A stretch of DNA of 63,507 bases, counting the filler, from Trichomonas gallinae (lineage: Eukaryota), in assembly GCA_008369845.1 (NCBI GenBank). It is 7 parts of 7 records of this genome, joined end to end, with 100 filler letters (N's around TTAATTAATTAA, not from the genome) between each part and the next. Parts side by side here need not be neighbours in the genome. Positions count along the whole stretch, not along the records: positions 1 to 20,688 come from MRSU01000238.1; positions 20,789 to 28,686 come from MRSU01000241.1; 5 more parts are not named here. One strand, written 5' to 3'. Made by a program: the position numbers and the translations under genes. Every line of letters begins with the position of its first letter. Position 1 is the first letter of the stretch. This document shows, piece by piece, positions 9,871-22,340 of the stretch. Under the pieces are notes generated by a model, which saw only the letters and a list, made by a program, of their open reading frames with translations, ran no database searches and was not told the DNA's origin.

Positions 9871-10743
9871 CTATTTGTCGCCTTGAATACGACAATTCGC
9901 GATAATTGCGGATATATGTTGAAGTGCTGGTATTTTTTCAGTCATATTCTCGCGACTGAACTGTACAACAGCTTTCTGTGGCGCTGTTGGCTTCTGTATT
10001 GACTTAAATTCACGTTCTGTTCTAATTCTTGTATTATCCCACATTTTATGAGTATTATCGAACATTGATGATATCCTCGCAACATCAGGGTTTGGATCTG
10101 TACATATTACTGGATCCTTAATCAATAATGTTTTTTGCTCAGCTTGGAACTTCTGTTTATCTGAAATATAGTTATATCTCGATTCTATATAATACTGGTA
10201 TATTTTGTCGTCGATTCTCATTAGAACAAAACTTTTTCTTTGTTGATCAAATCGAAAATCTGTAATTTGCGCCATGAATTTTCCTTCATAATACCCGGAA
10301 AATCTGTTTTCATTTAGTAAGGCGAATAATAGTGGTGTAATTATTCCTGTTTCTACAGGTTCTAATAACGGGAATATATCATTAGCATATTTGTATTTTC
10401 CAATTGGACCGTTGTGCGTAATCAGTATGACTCCATCTTCGTAGAATTCGTAGAATAAGGATGGTTTTATATCTTCATAACAAGTTGTTGGAATTGTTAA
10501 TGCGTCAAATCGTTTATCGCGAAAGTTGGAGAGGTTCAGGATGAGGAATGACCGCGCATTTTGCATTATTAATTTCTCATATGGCGCATTCGACTGAAAA
10601 TTTTGCATAAGCATCGTTTCAGCCGTCTTATGGGCGACAAACTCATCTAGAGGCATCTCCGTGTCTGTGTCTGGTGAAGGCTGAAATGTAATTTGGGTTT
10701 GCTCGGACTCCTTCTTCGTAGGAATGAAGAAGTGCGTGCGCAT
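9871..10743 (-). CDS. Spt20 (SAGA subunit)-like domain protein
   Basis: VETGIITPLL..YYEGKFMAQITDFR..AEQKTLLIKDPVICTDP resembles the Spt20 pattern G.IP..L..FY.GC.I.EV.DYR..E..IL....PL.LDP. Confidence 0.6.
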   Translation of the reverse strand: MRTHFFIPTKKESEQTQITFQPSPDTDTEMPLDEFVAHKTAETMLMQNFQSNAPYEKLIMQNARSFLILNLSNFRDKRFDALTIPTTCYEDIKPSLFYEFYEDGVILITHNGPIGKYKYANDIFPLLEPVETGIITPLLFALLNENRFSGYYEGKFMAQITDFRFDQQRKSFVLMRIDDKIYQYYIESRYNYISDKQKFQAEQKTLLIKDPVICTDPNPDVARISSMFDNTHKMWDNTRIRTEREFKSIQKPTAPQKAVVQFSRENMTEKIPALQHISAIIANCRIQGDK

Positions 10744-11725
10744 ATAATTTTTTTACAGTTTTTGTAAATGAACAATGAAAACATGCTTGTCTATATACTA
10801 TCATCCCAAATTTCCAATAATCTTCGAACTCTCGAGTATTTTTTACAAAGTTATTAAATCGCTTAAAAACAGCAAATTTAGACATATTATAACATATAAA
10901 ACCCCATTTTATCATCAAAATAATAAAATACAATTTCAGTAAAAAATTGATCAATCTTTAATCAATCTGCAACGTGTTTTGATCACGAGAAATAACTACA
11001 CTGCACTAGAATAGTAATATATTATCATATCTCTTATTGTTTGTTCAGATTAATAAAATTTGCGAAAAATATTTTGTATTATTGCCTAACATAAGCGGCT
11101 GATGCATTTAGATGGTTATGCATGATAATATTTAAATATTTGTTGATACAACTTTCGTTTGAATTGATTCAATTTTGATCAAGTTGATGGGAATGATATG
11201 GTTTGTTATAACTTTAACACTTCTTATACTGATGTATTGAGTATCCATATATGTTTCATATGCAAATTATTATTATTTTTGTTATTTAATGAGTTCAATT
11301 ACTGAAATATGGGGAGTTCAGACTATTTCTATTAATACTCATCATAGCCACATTATATACAAAATTATAATAGATTTTCATAAATCATTGTAGTAGACAA
11401 AAAAATATGAAAAATATTGATTTCAATTTTATTCTAAAAATTTAATTATTTAGGAGTATTACAAGTCATACTTTTAGTTTCTAATCTTATGGAAATCATT
11501 CTATGCGATTATAAAAAAATCAAAAATATTCTATCAGCAACAATATATTGGAATACATGCTTCCAACTCTATTGGTATAGTTAAGCGTTATACTCAATAG
11601 ACACAAGTCGAAATCGAATAGAATCATTTTTGAATAAATAAGATATCTATTATTTTGGGCCAATTTTCAGCAATTAAGGATAGTATATGATAAAGACATT
11701 ATATTAGAGTCAACTAGTTTCCTAT

Positions 11726-13336
11726 ATGGGGAAGTTCAAAATTATAAACGTGCACAATTTTCTATCGTTCGAGGAATTCCTCAAAAATTGTTCTATGACA
11801 TTCAGGAGTTTTTCTTTCTCTCCTGGTGTCAACAATGGGAAGGACAACACTCGTGCCATACTACAAAAGATGTTTCCTGGCATAAAAGAGGTAAAAACAC
11901 CGCTAGGAACAGAAACATTAACAATAGCAACGCAAGAAGAGATAGTATCTGTATACGGATCATCAAAATATTACATAACATCATCGGTTCTCGAAGATGT
12001 TGAGGCTTTGAAGCTTAATAAGATACCTTTTCATAAAATCCATCAGATAGCATCAACTTGTTTCAGCCGAGTCAACGCTTTTATTACTGGTTTTCAGCAG
12101 CAGGAAGCATTGGACATAGCAAAACGCATAAGTCTCCTTGGAGGAAAATTTTCTCCTCATTTTAATAATGACATTAACGTTGTTATTTCGTCTACATACT
12201 TCTCTCCTAAGATATATCAAGTCATGGAGAGCAACATTCCTATTGTATCTAGCGAGTGGGTCAGAAAATCTTTCGAAGGATTAACTTGCTTTGAGAATTC
12301 CAATTTCATTTTGCCACCATTCTCAGGGCTTCATATCACTTCAACCGATTTGACACCATTAGAACACAAAAAGCTTAAAAATATCATTGAAAGAAATGGA
12401 GGAACATGGTGTGACAATTATGATGAGAAAACAACATTAGTTTTATCTCACACATTATGCACATCCAAGAAGATAGAGATTGCACTCAAAGAAAATGTTC
12501 CAATCATTAAGCCACAGTGGATATATGATTGCACAATAAAATTTGCTCCCCACAGCAAATACACCATAAATTGGTGGATAGAAAGCAAAGAACAAGGCAA
12601 ACTATTCAAAGATGTCTCGTTTTCTATTAATCAAGATGTTGAGAATTCTGAAATCATAACAGAAATCATCAAAGCTAATGGAGGAGAGATTCTTGAAGAA
12701 TCTACATATGATATTGTACCTTTTAATGCTAAAAAGACCCAAAAAACTGTCACATCAAGATTTATTTATGATTGCGTTACAGAACAAGCTCTGCTTGATT
12801 GCAATTCAAACATTTTATATGCACCTCTAGGCTACAACATTCCTTTGCCCGATGTTCAAGGCAAAATTTTCTCATTAATTGATTTGCCGGATTCAACCAG
12901 AATCGTAGCAGCAGAAGCTATCAGAATAATGGGCGGAAAGGTAGCATTCAAGGAATCAAAGAATACAACTTATATTGTTTCTACAGATTCAAATAATGAA
13001 AAATCTGTTTCTTCAATGTTCATAATGGAAGCAATAGAAAAAGGATACCTACCAGATCCAAAGTGCTTCCCAGCATTACCGTTGACTCCACTACTCAAGA
13101 AGATCTGTTTGAACATTGTCAGGCAATCTCCACCGAAAATCACAGAATCTCCTGCCAAGGCTATCGATTTCGATACTGTTGATCAGTTCACACAGATTGT
13201 TTCTGCGACAGCTTCTCAAGACACAATACAGTATGATATGGCACCTTCTCAAACACAAATTCGTGAATTCAGTAAAGGTCAAAATGATCCGTTGATGTCT
13301 ATCCTTAATGATAACTATGGAAATGGTTACATATAA
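11726..13336 (+). CDS. Multi-BRCT protein, TopBP1/Cut5/Dpb11-like
   Basis: Repeated BRCT patterns: LLGGKF..IVSSEWV; PFSGLHITST..RNGG..PIIKPQWIYDC; LFKDVSF..NGG..VTSRFIYDC; IMGG. The start could instead be the downstream ATG (MTFRS). Confidence 0.8.
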   Translation: MGKFKIINVHNFLSFEEFLKNCSMTFRSFSFSPGVNNGKDNTRAILQKMFPGIKEVKTPLGTETLTIATQEEIVSVYGSSKYYITSSVLEDVEALKLNKIPFHKIHQIASTCFSRVNAFITGFQQQEALDIAKRISLLGGKFSPHFNNDINVVISSTYFSPKIYQVMESNIPIVSSEWVRKSFEGLTCFENSNFILPPFSGLHITSTDLTPLEHKKLKNIIERNGGTWCDNYDEKTTLVLSHTLCTSKKIEIALKENVPIIKPQWIYDCTIKFAPHSKYTINWWIESKEQGKLFKDVSFSINQDVENSEIITEIIKANGGEILEESTYDIVPFNAKKTQKTVTSRFIYDCVTEQALLDCNSNILYAPLGYNIPLPDVQGKIFSLIDLPDSTRIVAAEAIRIMGGKVAFKESKNTTYIVSTDSNNEKSVSSMFIMEAIEKGYLPDPKCFPALPLTPLLKKICLNIVRQSPPKITESPAKAIDFDTVDQFTQIVSATASQDTIQYDMAPSQTQIREFSKGQNDPLMSILNDNYGNGYI

Positions 13337-14209
13337 AGTCAATTTTCACTTTTGAAAGGTGAAAATTTACTTTATTTCAAAAATTTTAAATTTGTATGTT
13401 TGATTTTAAATGTTTATTTATTTTTCAACATTCATTATTTATCAACTATCAAACAATTATTGAAATGTTGTTTGTTTGATCGATAAAACGCATAAAATTT
13501 TAGATAATATTATCGAATTCAGTTGAAATCTTGAAGAATTTTGAAAATTTATTTAAATATTTTCATTATTCTATCACATGAAGCTATTGTAAATGTTTCG
13601 AACCATGATCTCAAATAGCACTTTTTGACATTCGAAACAAAAAAGGCATAATTAAAGCAAATATTGTCTTATTTTGAAAAATTTTACAATTTCGAAGTAT
13701 TCAAAGTGGAAATTTCTGCTGAAACAAAAAATTTTTACCAGTTCAATTTTTTTTTCTAAGCTTTACATATTCATAGTTATTCTCGCCTTGTATATTAAGA
13801 ATATAACCATAGAATTTCGAGAATTTTGTATGCATTCATTGGAATTTTTTTGAAATAATTGAGAGCATTGAGAAGATATTAACACATCATTTATTGCCAA
13901 AAATATATTTCATTTATAATGATGAGCATAGAATAATCATTATATTAACATGTTATATTCTTGATTATGGTGAAAAGCACGTTTTGGTAATGAAAAAAAT
14001 TGTTATTTTTCAGTTTTGATGATGTATATATAGAATATATAGCATAGAAAAGTGAATTATTGAATTAATTTAGGCGGCACATAAATTTTTTCACTGATAA
14101 TTGAGAGAAAAAATTGTCAAAAATCGAGGCATGTGACATGTTCAAAAGTATTCAATCTTATCAATTTTTGCTTCAATTCTGCACAATTCAATTTGATTCA
14201 TACTTTAAA

Positions 14210-14689
14210 ATGTCTGAAAAATCGGCCGATCAGGTTCAGGGGAAGAGAAATCCTTTCACCGCTGAGCAAGATGAGATACTCAAAGAGTTCGTAAAGTCCT
14301 CCACAGACAAACCAAAGTGGAGGTTTATTGCACAAAAGATCGGCAAGGAGCCAAGATCCTGTCGTGAACGTTATAAAAATTACTTAGATCCAGCATTATC
14401 TAATACAAAATGGACTCCAGAAGAAGATGTAAAATTAAAAGAATTAGTTAACGAAAATGGTAAACACTGGGCAAGCTTCCGCTCTTACTTCCCAGGAAGA
14501 TCATCAAATGATATCAAAAACAGATACAATTGCCATATTAATAAAATTCGAAAATCAAAGAAAGCCTCGACATCAGATAATATTCCTCCTTTTCCATCAT
14601 CTATCACAGAAGTTAATGCATTAAATACTACTCCATTATTTGATGATGAGACATTTGATCCTTTTTTTGGTGTATTTCATTCTGAGTGA
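14210..14689 (+). CDS. R2R3 Myb transcription factor
   Basis: FTAEQD..KW..RSCRERYKNYLDP and WTPEED..GKHW..FPGRSSNDIKNRY. The ATG at 14210 follows a TCATA Inr at 14198. Confidence 0.9.
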   Translation: MSEKSADQVQGKRNPFTAEQDEILKEFVKSSTDKPKWRFIAQKIGKEPRSCRERYKNYLDPALSNTKWTPEEDVKLKELVNENGKHWASFRSYFPGRSSNDIKNRYNCHINKIRKSKKASTSDNIPPFPSSITEVNALNTTPLFDDETFDPFFGVFHSE

Positions 14690-15526
14690 AAAAAATTTGT
14701 TTGAGTTTACTGTTTATGATCTAAAATCTTCTTCAGTTCTGCGGAATCATTGGATTTAGCAGTAATTCATATTTCTGTCATATAAAAATATTTACATGTC
14801 AAATATAACCTTATTATATATAAGCAGACCCAATACCTATTTTATTGATTTTATCTCATAGAATCAAGTGTCATTGCGTTCCTGATAGTAACCAATATAT
14901 TATTGTTGACTAGCGCTACTTTCCCCATGCGAATCGTGAGTCCAAAATAATCCAAATCATACCTACACAGATATAAAATTAGACGACAAGGGATCATTCC
15001 AAATTAAGGCTATAGATACAATAGAGAAATAACTGTCACAGAGTTGAAAATCTGAAAAAGCTATTAAAGATTCATAGAGTTTGAACATCATGATGAGTTT
15101 TTGACAAATGTCAGATTTTGTGTATCTGCATCTTTGCGATGTCCTCTGACAGTTTTCCATTCTTGCAAAATAACCAGTGAAATAATCTGAGAAAATATAA
15201 TATGATATAAGTCGGAAATTGCCAAAATGTGACTCTTTAATATCAAATTCTAGCAATAGATGTAACACAACTAAATAGTACAAATGCCCGAAGATCGAAG
15301 CCAAATTCCATTTAATTTTATTACAAATTTGATAATTGTCAAAACGTGACACAATTGAAGAGAAATCTCAATTTTTTTTCATAATATGATATTAAACTAT
15401 AAGATTTTTTTTGCAAACTTTTCAAACGTGTCACTTTTTACATAAATATTTTTTATAAAAAACAAAATTAATAACAACAAAATCGACTCTGTATAAATAA
15501 AAGAAATTTTTGATTAAATAAAAATT

Positions 15527-17080
15527 ATGTTTGAAGGCTTGTGGCAGCCTTCTAAAAACAACAATTCAGGAATATCTCACAACATCAGCCTGGACAGAAT
15601 AACAGGTTTGCTGTATTCTAAAGAAGATCTTGAACTTACATTCAGCAAATATCAGATCGAAAAAGAAACGAGATTAGGCAAATTTTTGTTTATAATCGGA
15701 CCACATGAAGTTGTTCCGAATGAAATTGCGTTACTCTTCGTTTATCCTCTCAACAAATTTCCTTATACAATAGAAAATTTTCATAGAATTAAGCAATTTT
15801 GTTATCCTATTGGCATGAATCCTGTTACGCATAAAGACGACATTATCCAGAATCAGTTTGTTTTCATTTTAAACAAAGATGGAAAAATTTTATTTGGAAT
15901 TTGCACGCATTTTTATTCACCGAATCCAAACTTTCTGACAAATGCTATGACAACAGAACCACTTTGTATTTGTACAATTACTCAAAATCCACAATTACAC
16001 CAAAATTTCCAATTTCAGGCGCTTTTAGCTGCACAATTAGCAGGTTTACCGATAGATTGTAATTTCAAAATAGATGCCAAGCTTTTAGGCAACGATTGGA
16101 CCCCTTCTGAAGAAATTCTCGAAAATTTAAATCGATTTCATCCTCCGTTATACAATAATTCCAAGGATGTCTTAGCGGCCTCTATAAATCCTGTCTGTAT
16201 GACTCCGAAATTTTTAGAAATTTTGAATTTTTATTTACGAATTTCGAATGAACAATGTTTGTTATTGAAGTTATCGCAAAACTCATACATAAACATTAAT
16301 CTAGAAGATGATACGAACACACAGATCGCATCTGCTGTCTTAGATGTCCTGTTTTCATGTTTATCAGTTGATTCGATATTAAAATACTTCACAGCAGTTT
16401 TAACAGAACAACAAATTATTGTTTACGGTACAGACATGTTCAGGGTAAGTTCTATCGCACTTGCAGCAATGAATTTGATTCATCCTGTTGATTATCAAGG
16501 AGTTTTCTTGCCTCTTATTCCTAATCTTCCAGAGTACTATGAATTGATTGGGACACCAGTACCATACTTATATGGTCTTGTAAAAACACCAGATATGATG
16601 GCTAAAATCAAAACAATAACAGATCCAAACGAAATTGTTTTTATCGATGTTGATGTTGACAATGTTCAAGTTCCAGCGAAAGTGCCCGGTCTTCCTCTGT
16701 ATAAAACCCTGAAAAACGCTCTGAATAATGCATTAAATAATATTAAACCAATGAAGCGATCAAAAGGCTACTACGAAGAATATGCGAGACACGGAATATC
16801 GATGCACATCAAATGGACCCAAAAAATGAAATATATTTTCTTACCAGCGCAAACTCTTAGAATTCAAAAAGTATTCCATGAATATATGGAAGGACTGGTT
16901 GGGCATGATAAACTGAGTGTATGCCGCGTTAGAGATACAACTGATCCTGATAATCCAAAAGTTGGGTTTAATAATGATGCTTATTTGCTTGGCGCCGATC
17001 CGAATCATGTTGATTTTTACGAGATGTTTGTTGCTTCAATGGCATTTCAAGCATATTGCGATCGTACATTTTTCAGATAG
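15527..17080 (+). CDS. DENN-domain protein (Rab GEF family)
   Basis: IKQFCYP, FVFIL..DG..LFGIC, LFSCLS..TAVLTEQQII, and FLPLIP..ELIGTPVPYLYG. Confidence 0.85.
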   Translation: MFEGLWQPSKNNNSGISHNISLDRITGLLYSKEDLELTFSKYQIEKETRLGKFLFIIGPHEVVPNEIALLFVYPLNKFPYTIENFHRIKQFCYPIGMNPVTHKDDIIQNQFVFILNKDGKILFGICTHFYSPNPNFLTNAMTTEPLCICTITQNPQLHQNFQFQALLAAQLAGLPIDCNFKIDAKLLGNDWTPSEEILENLNRFHPPLYNNSKDVLAASINPVCMTPKFLEILNFYLRISNEQCLLLKLSQNSYININLEDDTNTQIASAVLDVLFSCLSVDSILKYFTAVLTEQQIIVYGTDMFRVSSIALAAMNLIHPVDYQGVFLPLIPNLPEYYELIGTPVPYLYGLVKTPDMMAKIKTITDPNEIVFIDVDVDNVQVPAKVPGLPLYKTLKNALNNALNNIKPMKRSKGYYEEYARHGISMHIKWTQKMKYIFLPAQTLRIQKVFHEYMEGLVGHDKLSVCRVRDTTDPDNPKVGFNNDAYLLGADPNHVDFYEMFVASMAFQAYCDRTFFR

Positions 17081-18495
17081 AACATTTTTTACTATATTTT
17101 TGTTTAGTTATGTATTAGATTAAATGTTAGTTTATTTGTTGCGAAATACCAAACTATCTCCATCATCACATAATGATTCAATTGATGTCAATATTGTGAT
17201 AACATCTTATTTTATCATGATGTAATCAATAGTATCAACATATGTAATATAATGCGGCTATGATATAGGTTAATGATGTAGTTGATTTTATAGCATAGAA
17301 ATTTAAAAATTCAAAATTCACAGGCAGAAAGAGCCATAGTGGATTTGGGAATGCTTATGTATGATATTTTGTAATAATAATACAAAGGAAAACAGAATTG
17401 TTTTTCAGGAAAGAAAAATATCGTTTTATTTTGATGATCGAAATGGTTTATTGGGATTCTAAAGATCGAATTGATATAAGGGAAACAAGCTTTTTATTGA
17501 TCGTTTGCGGGAATTATCAAAGAATACATGTAACAGTTCTCAGATCGAAGAAGCCAATAGGTGATAATATAAATTCATCGACTAAATCCCGCATTTTTAT
17601 CATATATAAATTCATAAAATCATATATACATAAGAATAGAATTCCAAATCAATCTGGCGAATTTCGATAAAAATATTGAACATGAGTAATATGGTCTAAC
17701 GAGCTAACCGTATTTTAATGAAGCAAGATAAGAGAATTATCAAGGAATAGTTAGAGTTTACCGATGAAAAAGGAAATATTACAGGAAATTCAGCAAAAAT
17801 ATCTCGAATAAGGCATACTTAAGCTCGTACAGTGAATGAGTTTAGCGAATTACATAAAAATAATTGAAATAATCCGCAGAACAAAAAACAGCTGTCAAAA
17901 GTCCGATTTTTTTTGAACTGTTTATTTTCACTTTGATAAATTAATCTATAATTAAATTTTGCAGCATAAAAATGATTTAATTCTATAACGGTTTTTATTT
18001 TTTTGAAAATAATGATTGTAAGAATAAAGAGAATATTGAACGACAGTTCTACCAATAAAATCAATAAATTTTGATCAGATAATCATTGAAAATTCATAAT
18101 ATTAAATTATTGATCCATACAACTTAATAAGTACTTAATTTCAGTAAAGTTTGCTTCGTTACAAAACTGTATTTTTTGTTGTAAAGTAAAATTATCGCAT
18201 ATATATTAAATAATCCAAAATACTCATCTTATAAATTTGGGATAGAAAAATTCTGATAATAAATATTTATAATTTGTATACTTAAAAAATTCTGAGGCTC
18301 ACAAAATTTATTTAATTCAGAACATTCTCAAAAATTATGCCACACAAAATTGTGTGCCTATTGAATCCCATTCCCACAATTAATTCTTAGCCTTTCTCAA
18401 TTTATAACCAAAGACAAACGTATCTTTTTTCTTAAAAATAACAAAATAAGTATAACAGAATAAATAAACTATTTATAACAAAAAATAAAAAAGAA

Positions 18496-19161
18496 TTAAT
18501 AGATTTGAGAAAAAGCCAAGCCAGGGAGATTTCCGCGTCTGATAATATTAAAACAACCTGGTGGCATTGTGAATTCTTTGGATAGAATGGAACCAGGAAC
18601 CTTGGGAAGGCAATGTTCCAATGACTGTAATGATTCGGCTTCTGAAGTTGCTTGTGGCGGAGTTTGTTGTTGTACAGGGGTGGCTTGTACATATGGTTGT
18701 GCAGGAGGGGCTGGTACAGCTTTCTTAGGCTGAACATATGTCTGTTGTGGTGGCTGTGGAGTGTATTGTGGAGATGCAGGAGCATCTTTCTTTTTACGTC
18801 TTGTGTCGATAACAGCAGTAGGTTGGGGAGCTTCTACAGGTTGAACTGGTTGCTGCGGCTGTACGTATCTGATCTGCTGAGGCTGCTGTGCTATGGGCGG
18901 CATTTGCATTTGGATTTGTTGGGCGTAAACATCTTCTGGCAGATACACGGCCTGCGCTGGCTGGCCCGTCTGCGGCATATATTGCATCATTTGGTAGTGC
19001 TGCGGGGCCTGGTAAATAATTGGCTGACCAGCAGGATACATCGGAGGCTGCGGCGCCGCTTGATAATAGTATTGTGGGGCACCATACATCACTTTCTGAT
19101 AGGGCCTGTTCGCCGGGGGCTGAACTGGTTGAGTCACTGGACGGGCATAGTTGTATGTCAT
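18496..19161 (-). CDS. Pro/Gln/Tyr-rich low-complexity protein with a basic RRKKK patch
   Basis: 221-aa ATG ORF with coding-like GC content between AT-rich flanks. Confidence 0.75.
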   Translation of the reverse strand: MTYNYARPVTQPVQPPANRPYQKVMYGAPQYYYQAAPQPPMYPAGQPIIYQAPQHYQMMQYMPQTGQPAQAVYLPEDVYAQQIQMQMPPIAQQPQQIRYVQPQQPVQPVEAPQPTAVIDTRRKKKDAPASPQYTPQPPQQTYVQPKKAVPAPPAQPYVQATPVQQQTPPQATSEAESLQSLEHCLPKVPGSILSKEFTMPPGCFNIIRRGNLPGLAFSQIY

Positions 19162-20132
19162 AAAATTATGATAAATAATTTATAGTATTCAAAAAATTGA
19201 AGGTTTGTAGCATACCGCCTTAAATACCAGACAAATCACAGGAATAAAAGATATCCAACAAATGGAACGATATTTTTTGTGAGAGAGTGATTAATTAATT
19301 GTGAATGAGAAAGAGTTTGTTTTCAATTTTTTTACGCAGCTCAGAATTATTTTGTATAGATATTTCAAAAATGAGAACATAAAAATTTTTCGTTTTGTAC
19401 GAAATAGAGCCTGTAGAGGCTTATAAACATATTTTACGAATTATCGTTATTGACCATTTATTTAAATGATTTTCCTTTTCTAACGACGAAAAATATATGT
19501 TTATGAGCACATATAATGGAGCATTTTTAATTCTTATATAAATTTGTAACAAAAATCATAACAAAACTTTGATTTAGTCATATTCACTCCGAATACATGC
19601 ATCATAATGGATTCCTTATTTCAATATTTCAAGTCTTTCTTAATGAAATACATGTTATATCATTCGATTTTCAAAATCAATTTACAGCACCATTGTTTTC
19701 ATTTTATTAAATGCTCATATGCTTCTAAATCAGTTTCACTATAGAATGATGAGAGATCGATTAATGTTTGGTGATATCGATCGTTATTCCAAAATTATAA
19801 GTGAATATCTTGCAATTTATCATTGTGTTTGATATTTCACAAGACTTACCATTTTAAGTATTCACTCTAATCGCTATAAACCACAACTTTTTCATTTTCA
19901 ATTGCAGAACATTAAAATTGGATATTATTCTATTTATATTAGTAATATAATCAAAATAGCTATACAAAATATCAGATCATTTTTGTTATTCAATTCATAT
20001 AATCTAATGATCGAAAACTCTCATTAATTAGATGGTTTGCACAGTATAGCTCAAAAATACCTTGCGTATAATATTGCTTTTTATCCCTATGATTAGTCTA
20101 TTGTGCTGTATTAAATCTTAAAAATCTTAGAA

Positions 20133-20534
20133 ATGATTTCAACATTTATTCCTTACGGAGAATTCTATTCAACCGGTTCCCACTCATCACAAAATACAAG
20201 CATTATTATCCATTTTCCATTTAATGAAGTTATTCCTTCATCATTCATTTACAAAACAGAAGATAGTATTTATCCAATCGAGTGGACGTTTTCAGGCTCA
20301 TCAGACAATCAAACATGGGCTGAATTGATACAAGAACGAGCATATATGTCCACCAGAGTATCGAAGAGAAATTTTTTTGACGAAAATCTTCATTGGAATT
20401 GTTTGTTAGATTTGGTCCTTTTTTTTCTGGATTTGAATTTCAACACTTTTTATATAGAGATTGATGTGTGTGTGTGCGTGGTGTCTGCATGGAGAATGAC
20501 TCACATTCACCTTTCTGGAAAATTGATTTATTGA
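20133..20534 (+). pseudogene. Degenerate F5/8 type C (discoidin)-like family fragment
   Basis: IIIHFPFNEVIPSSF..YPIEWTFSGSSDNQTW matches the F5/8C-like core, but the remainder is not coherent. Confidence 0.45.
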
Positions 20535-20688
20535 GTTTTTAAAATTCGCATTTTCTTAGATATTTCCCAAAGTATGTAAGAATGTGAGTTAATATCAACT
20601 TTGTTTTCTATAAAAGATGTCGCGTAAACAAACAATTGACATGTAAATGACAAATTTTTAAATGCTCACGAGAAAATCAATGAATATT

Positions 20689-20788
20689 NNNNNNNNNNNN
20701 NNNNNNNNNNNNNNNNNNNNNNNNNNNNNNNNTTAATTAATTAANNNNNNNNNNNNNNNNNNNNNNNNNNNNNNNNNNNNNNNNNNNN
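20689..20788. other. Artificial contig linker
   Basis: 100 bp of N around TTAATTAATTAA (stops in all six frames), identical at all six gaps. Confidence 0.97.
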
Positions 20789-21722
20789 TGTCATTTTGAT
20801 GAATTATTTGGTAATCTTGTGCAATAAATCTGTATAAATTATTAATTTCGATTATTAGTTGCATAAATTCTAAGTTTTATGAATAGATTTCATTCGCATA
20901 GTACCAATAATTGATAAGTGCTAACTGGGAACCCATTTTTGGTACCTTTATGTGACCATTCGTTTCAGACCTGACTTTTGAAAATCAGTTTAAATATAGT
21001 GCTATTTAAAAGATTACATATGAATCACGTCATTGATATGCTATCTAATAAAGGAGTCAGCCTAGTGAATTATGATAATTCATTTTTCGCCTTTAAATAA
21101 AAACGTCCCCAATTGAATACTTTACACGTCAATTTGCCGATCACTTTTGATGATTTTTAAGGTTAAACTATTGTCAGGATCTTGATGAGGATATTCAAAA
21201 CAATCCTTTATTCTAGTTGATCCAGCCATATCAACAAATTGGCAACAGTTGCTTGTTTTTTCATCAATATTGGATCAAATAGTTCTCCACACTGATTAAA
21301 ATACATGCAATCTGGGCTAGTATATTATAGTCTTTTAAGAAAAGGTGGGCAGTACATAAAATTTCCAAAATATGATTTTATTGCACTCCTTTCGAGAAAA
21401 TAGCCCAGCAAACATCTATGTTATGGTTCTTGTAGCTGTGAATTCTTAACATTTGACAAATATTTGTTAATCAAATGAATATTTTTGTTTTTTTGCGTTA
21501 GATTTCACTTGGAAAAGTGAAATTGATCGTAATATGGAAGTATATTAGTGTCATATGTGTTATATCATGTTGGAACAAATTTTAATCAAAAATCGATCAT
21601 ATTTTTGAAATTTCTGCCATGTTTTATACTAATAAGTATGAAAATGGAAAGTAAAAATGTATATTGTTATGTATAGATAAGATCATTTAGAATAAAATTG
21701 ATTCCAAATATAAATAATAATT

Positions 21723-22340
21723 TTAAAAACAGCACTTGTCTTTTTTGGCGGGTGTAAGCGGCTGTTTTTGTTTTTCTTGCTTTAACTCGTTAGATTTGAA
21801 GACCTGTGGGTACATTCTTGCAGCAGATTCGAATAAGTCTTGAACACCGCTTCCTGTTTTCGCAGAAGTAAGATAAAAATCTTCTGCTTTATGTGTCTGT
21901 TTCATATCTTGTGCTATTTGGTTTATTTCGTTGATTTCCTCTTGTGTAAGAATATCGCTTTTTGTAGCAACTAAATAAATTATACAATTTGGCTCTTCGG
22001 TTCTTACCCTAGAGACCCAGCTTTCGACCGGCTCTGTGCGCTTTGGATCAAAGCATACGAAAGCAATATGCGAATCTCTGTAGAACATTTGCGAAATGGC
22101 CTGAAAACGCTCTTGTCCAGCCGTATCCCAAATCTGGAGTTCAATTTTCTTTTTATCGACCTGAACAATGGCATTTGTCGATGCTGGTGCAACAGTAGGT
22201 AAGTCATTGTTCTCAAAAGGATTCTTGAAATAGGCGCTGATCAAGCTGGTCTTTCCAACACCGCTGGAACCAACGAGAATGATCTTTAATGTGTGGTCAA
22301 TCTGACTTTCACTTGTCATTACTCTATTGAAAAGTGACAT
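21723..22340 (-). CDS. Rab-family small GTPase
   Basis: GSSGVGKT, WDTAGQERF, TKSD, TSAKTG and a C-terminal CCF prenylation motif. Confidence 0.93.
   Translation of the reverse strand: MSLFNRVMTSESQIDHTLKIILVGSSGVGKTSLISAYFKNPFENNDLPTVAPASTNAIVQVDKKKIELQIWDTAGQERFQAISQMFYRDSHIAFVCFDPKRTEPVESWVSRVRTEEPNCIIYLVATKSDILTQEEINEINQIAQDMKQTHKAEDFYLTSAKTGSGVQDLFESAARMYPQVFKSNELKQEKQKQPLTPAKKDKCCF

Noticed and set aside
11311..11321. GGGGAGTTCAG shared with ~24264
   Set aside because: Only an 11-bp match with unrelated flanks; not enough to call a repeat.
14963..15352. 129-aa ORF and similar AT-rich intergenic ORFs (17398-17670, 39542-39907, 44013-44303)
   Set aside because: Mostly non-ATG starts, F/I/K/N-rich composition typical of random AT-rich DNA, and no domains.
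20900..21480. Slightly GC-richer stretch that might be a decayed gene
   Set aside because: Stops occur in the frames examined and no family motif is recognisable.
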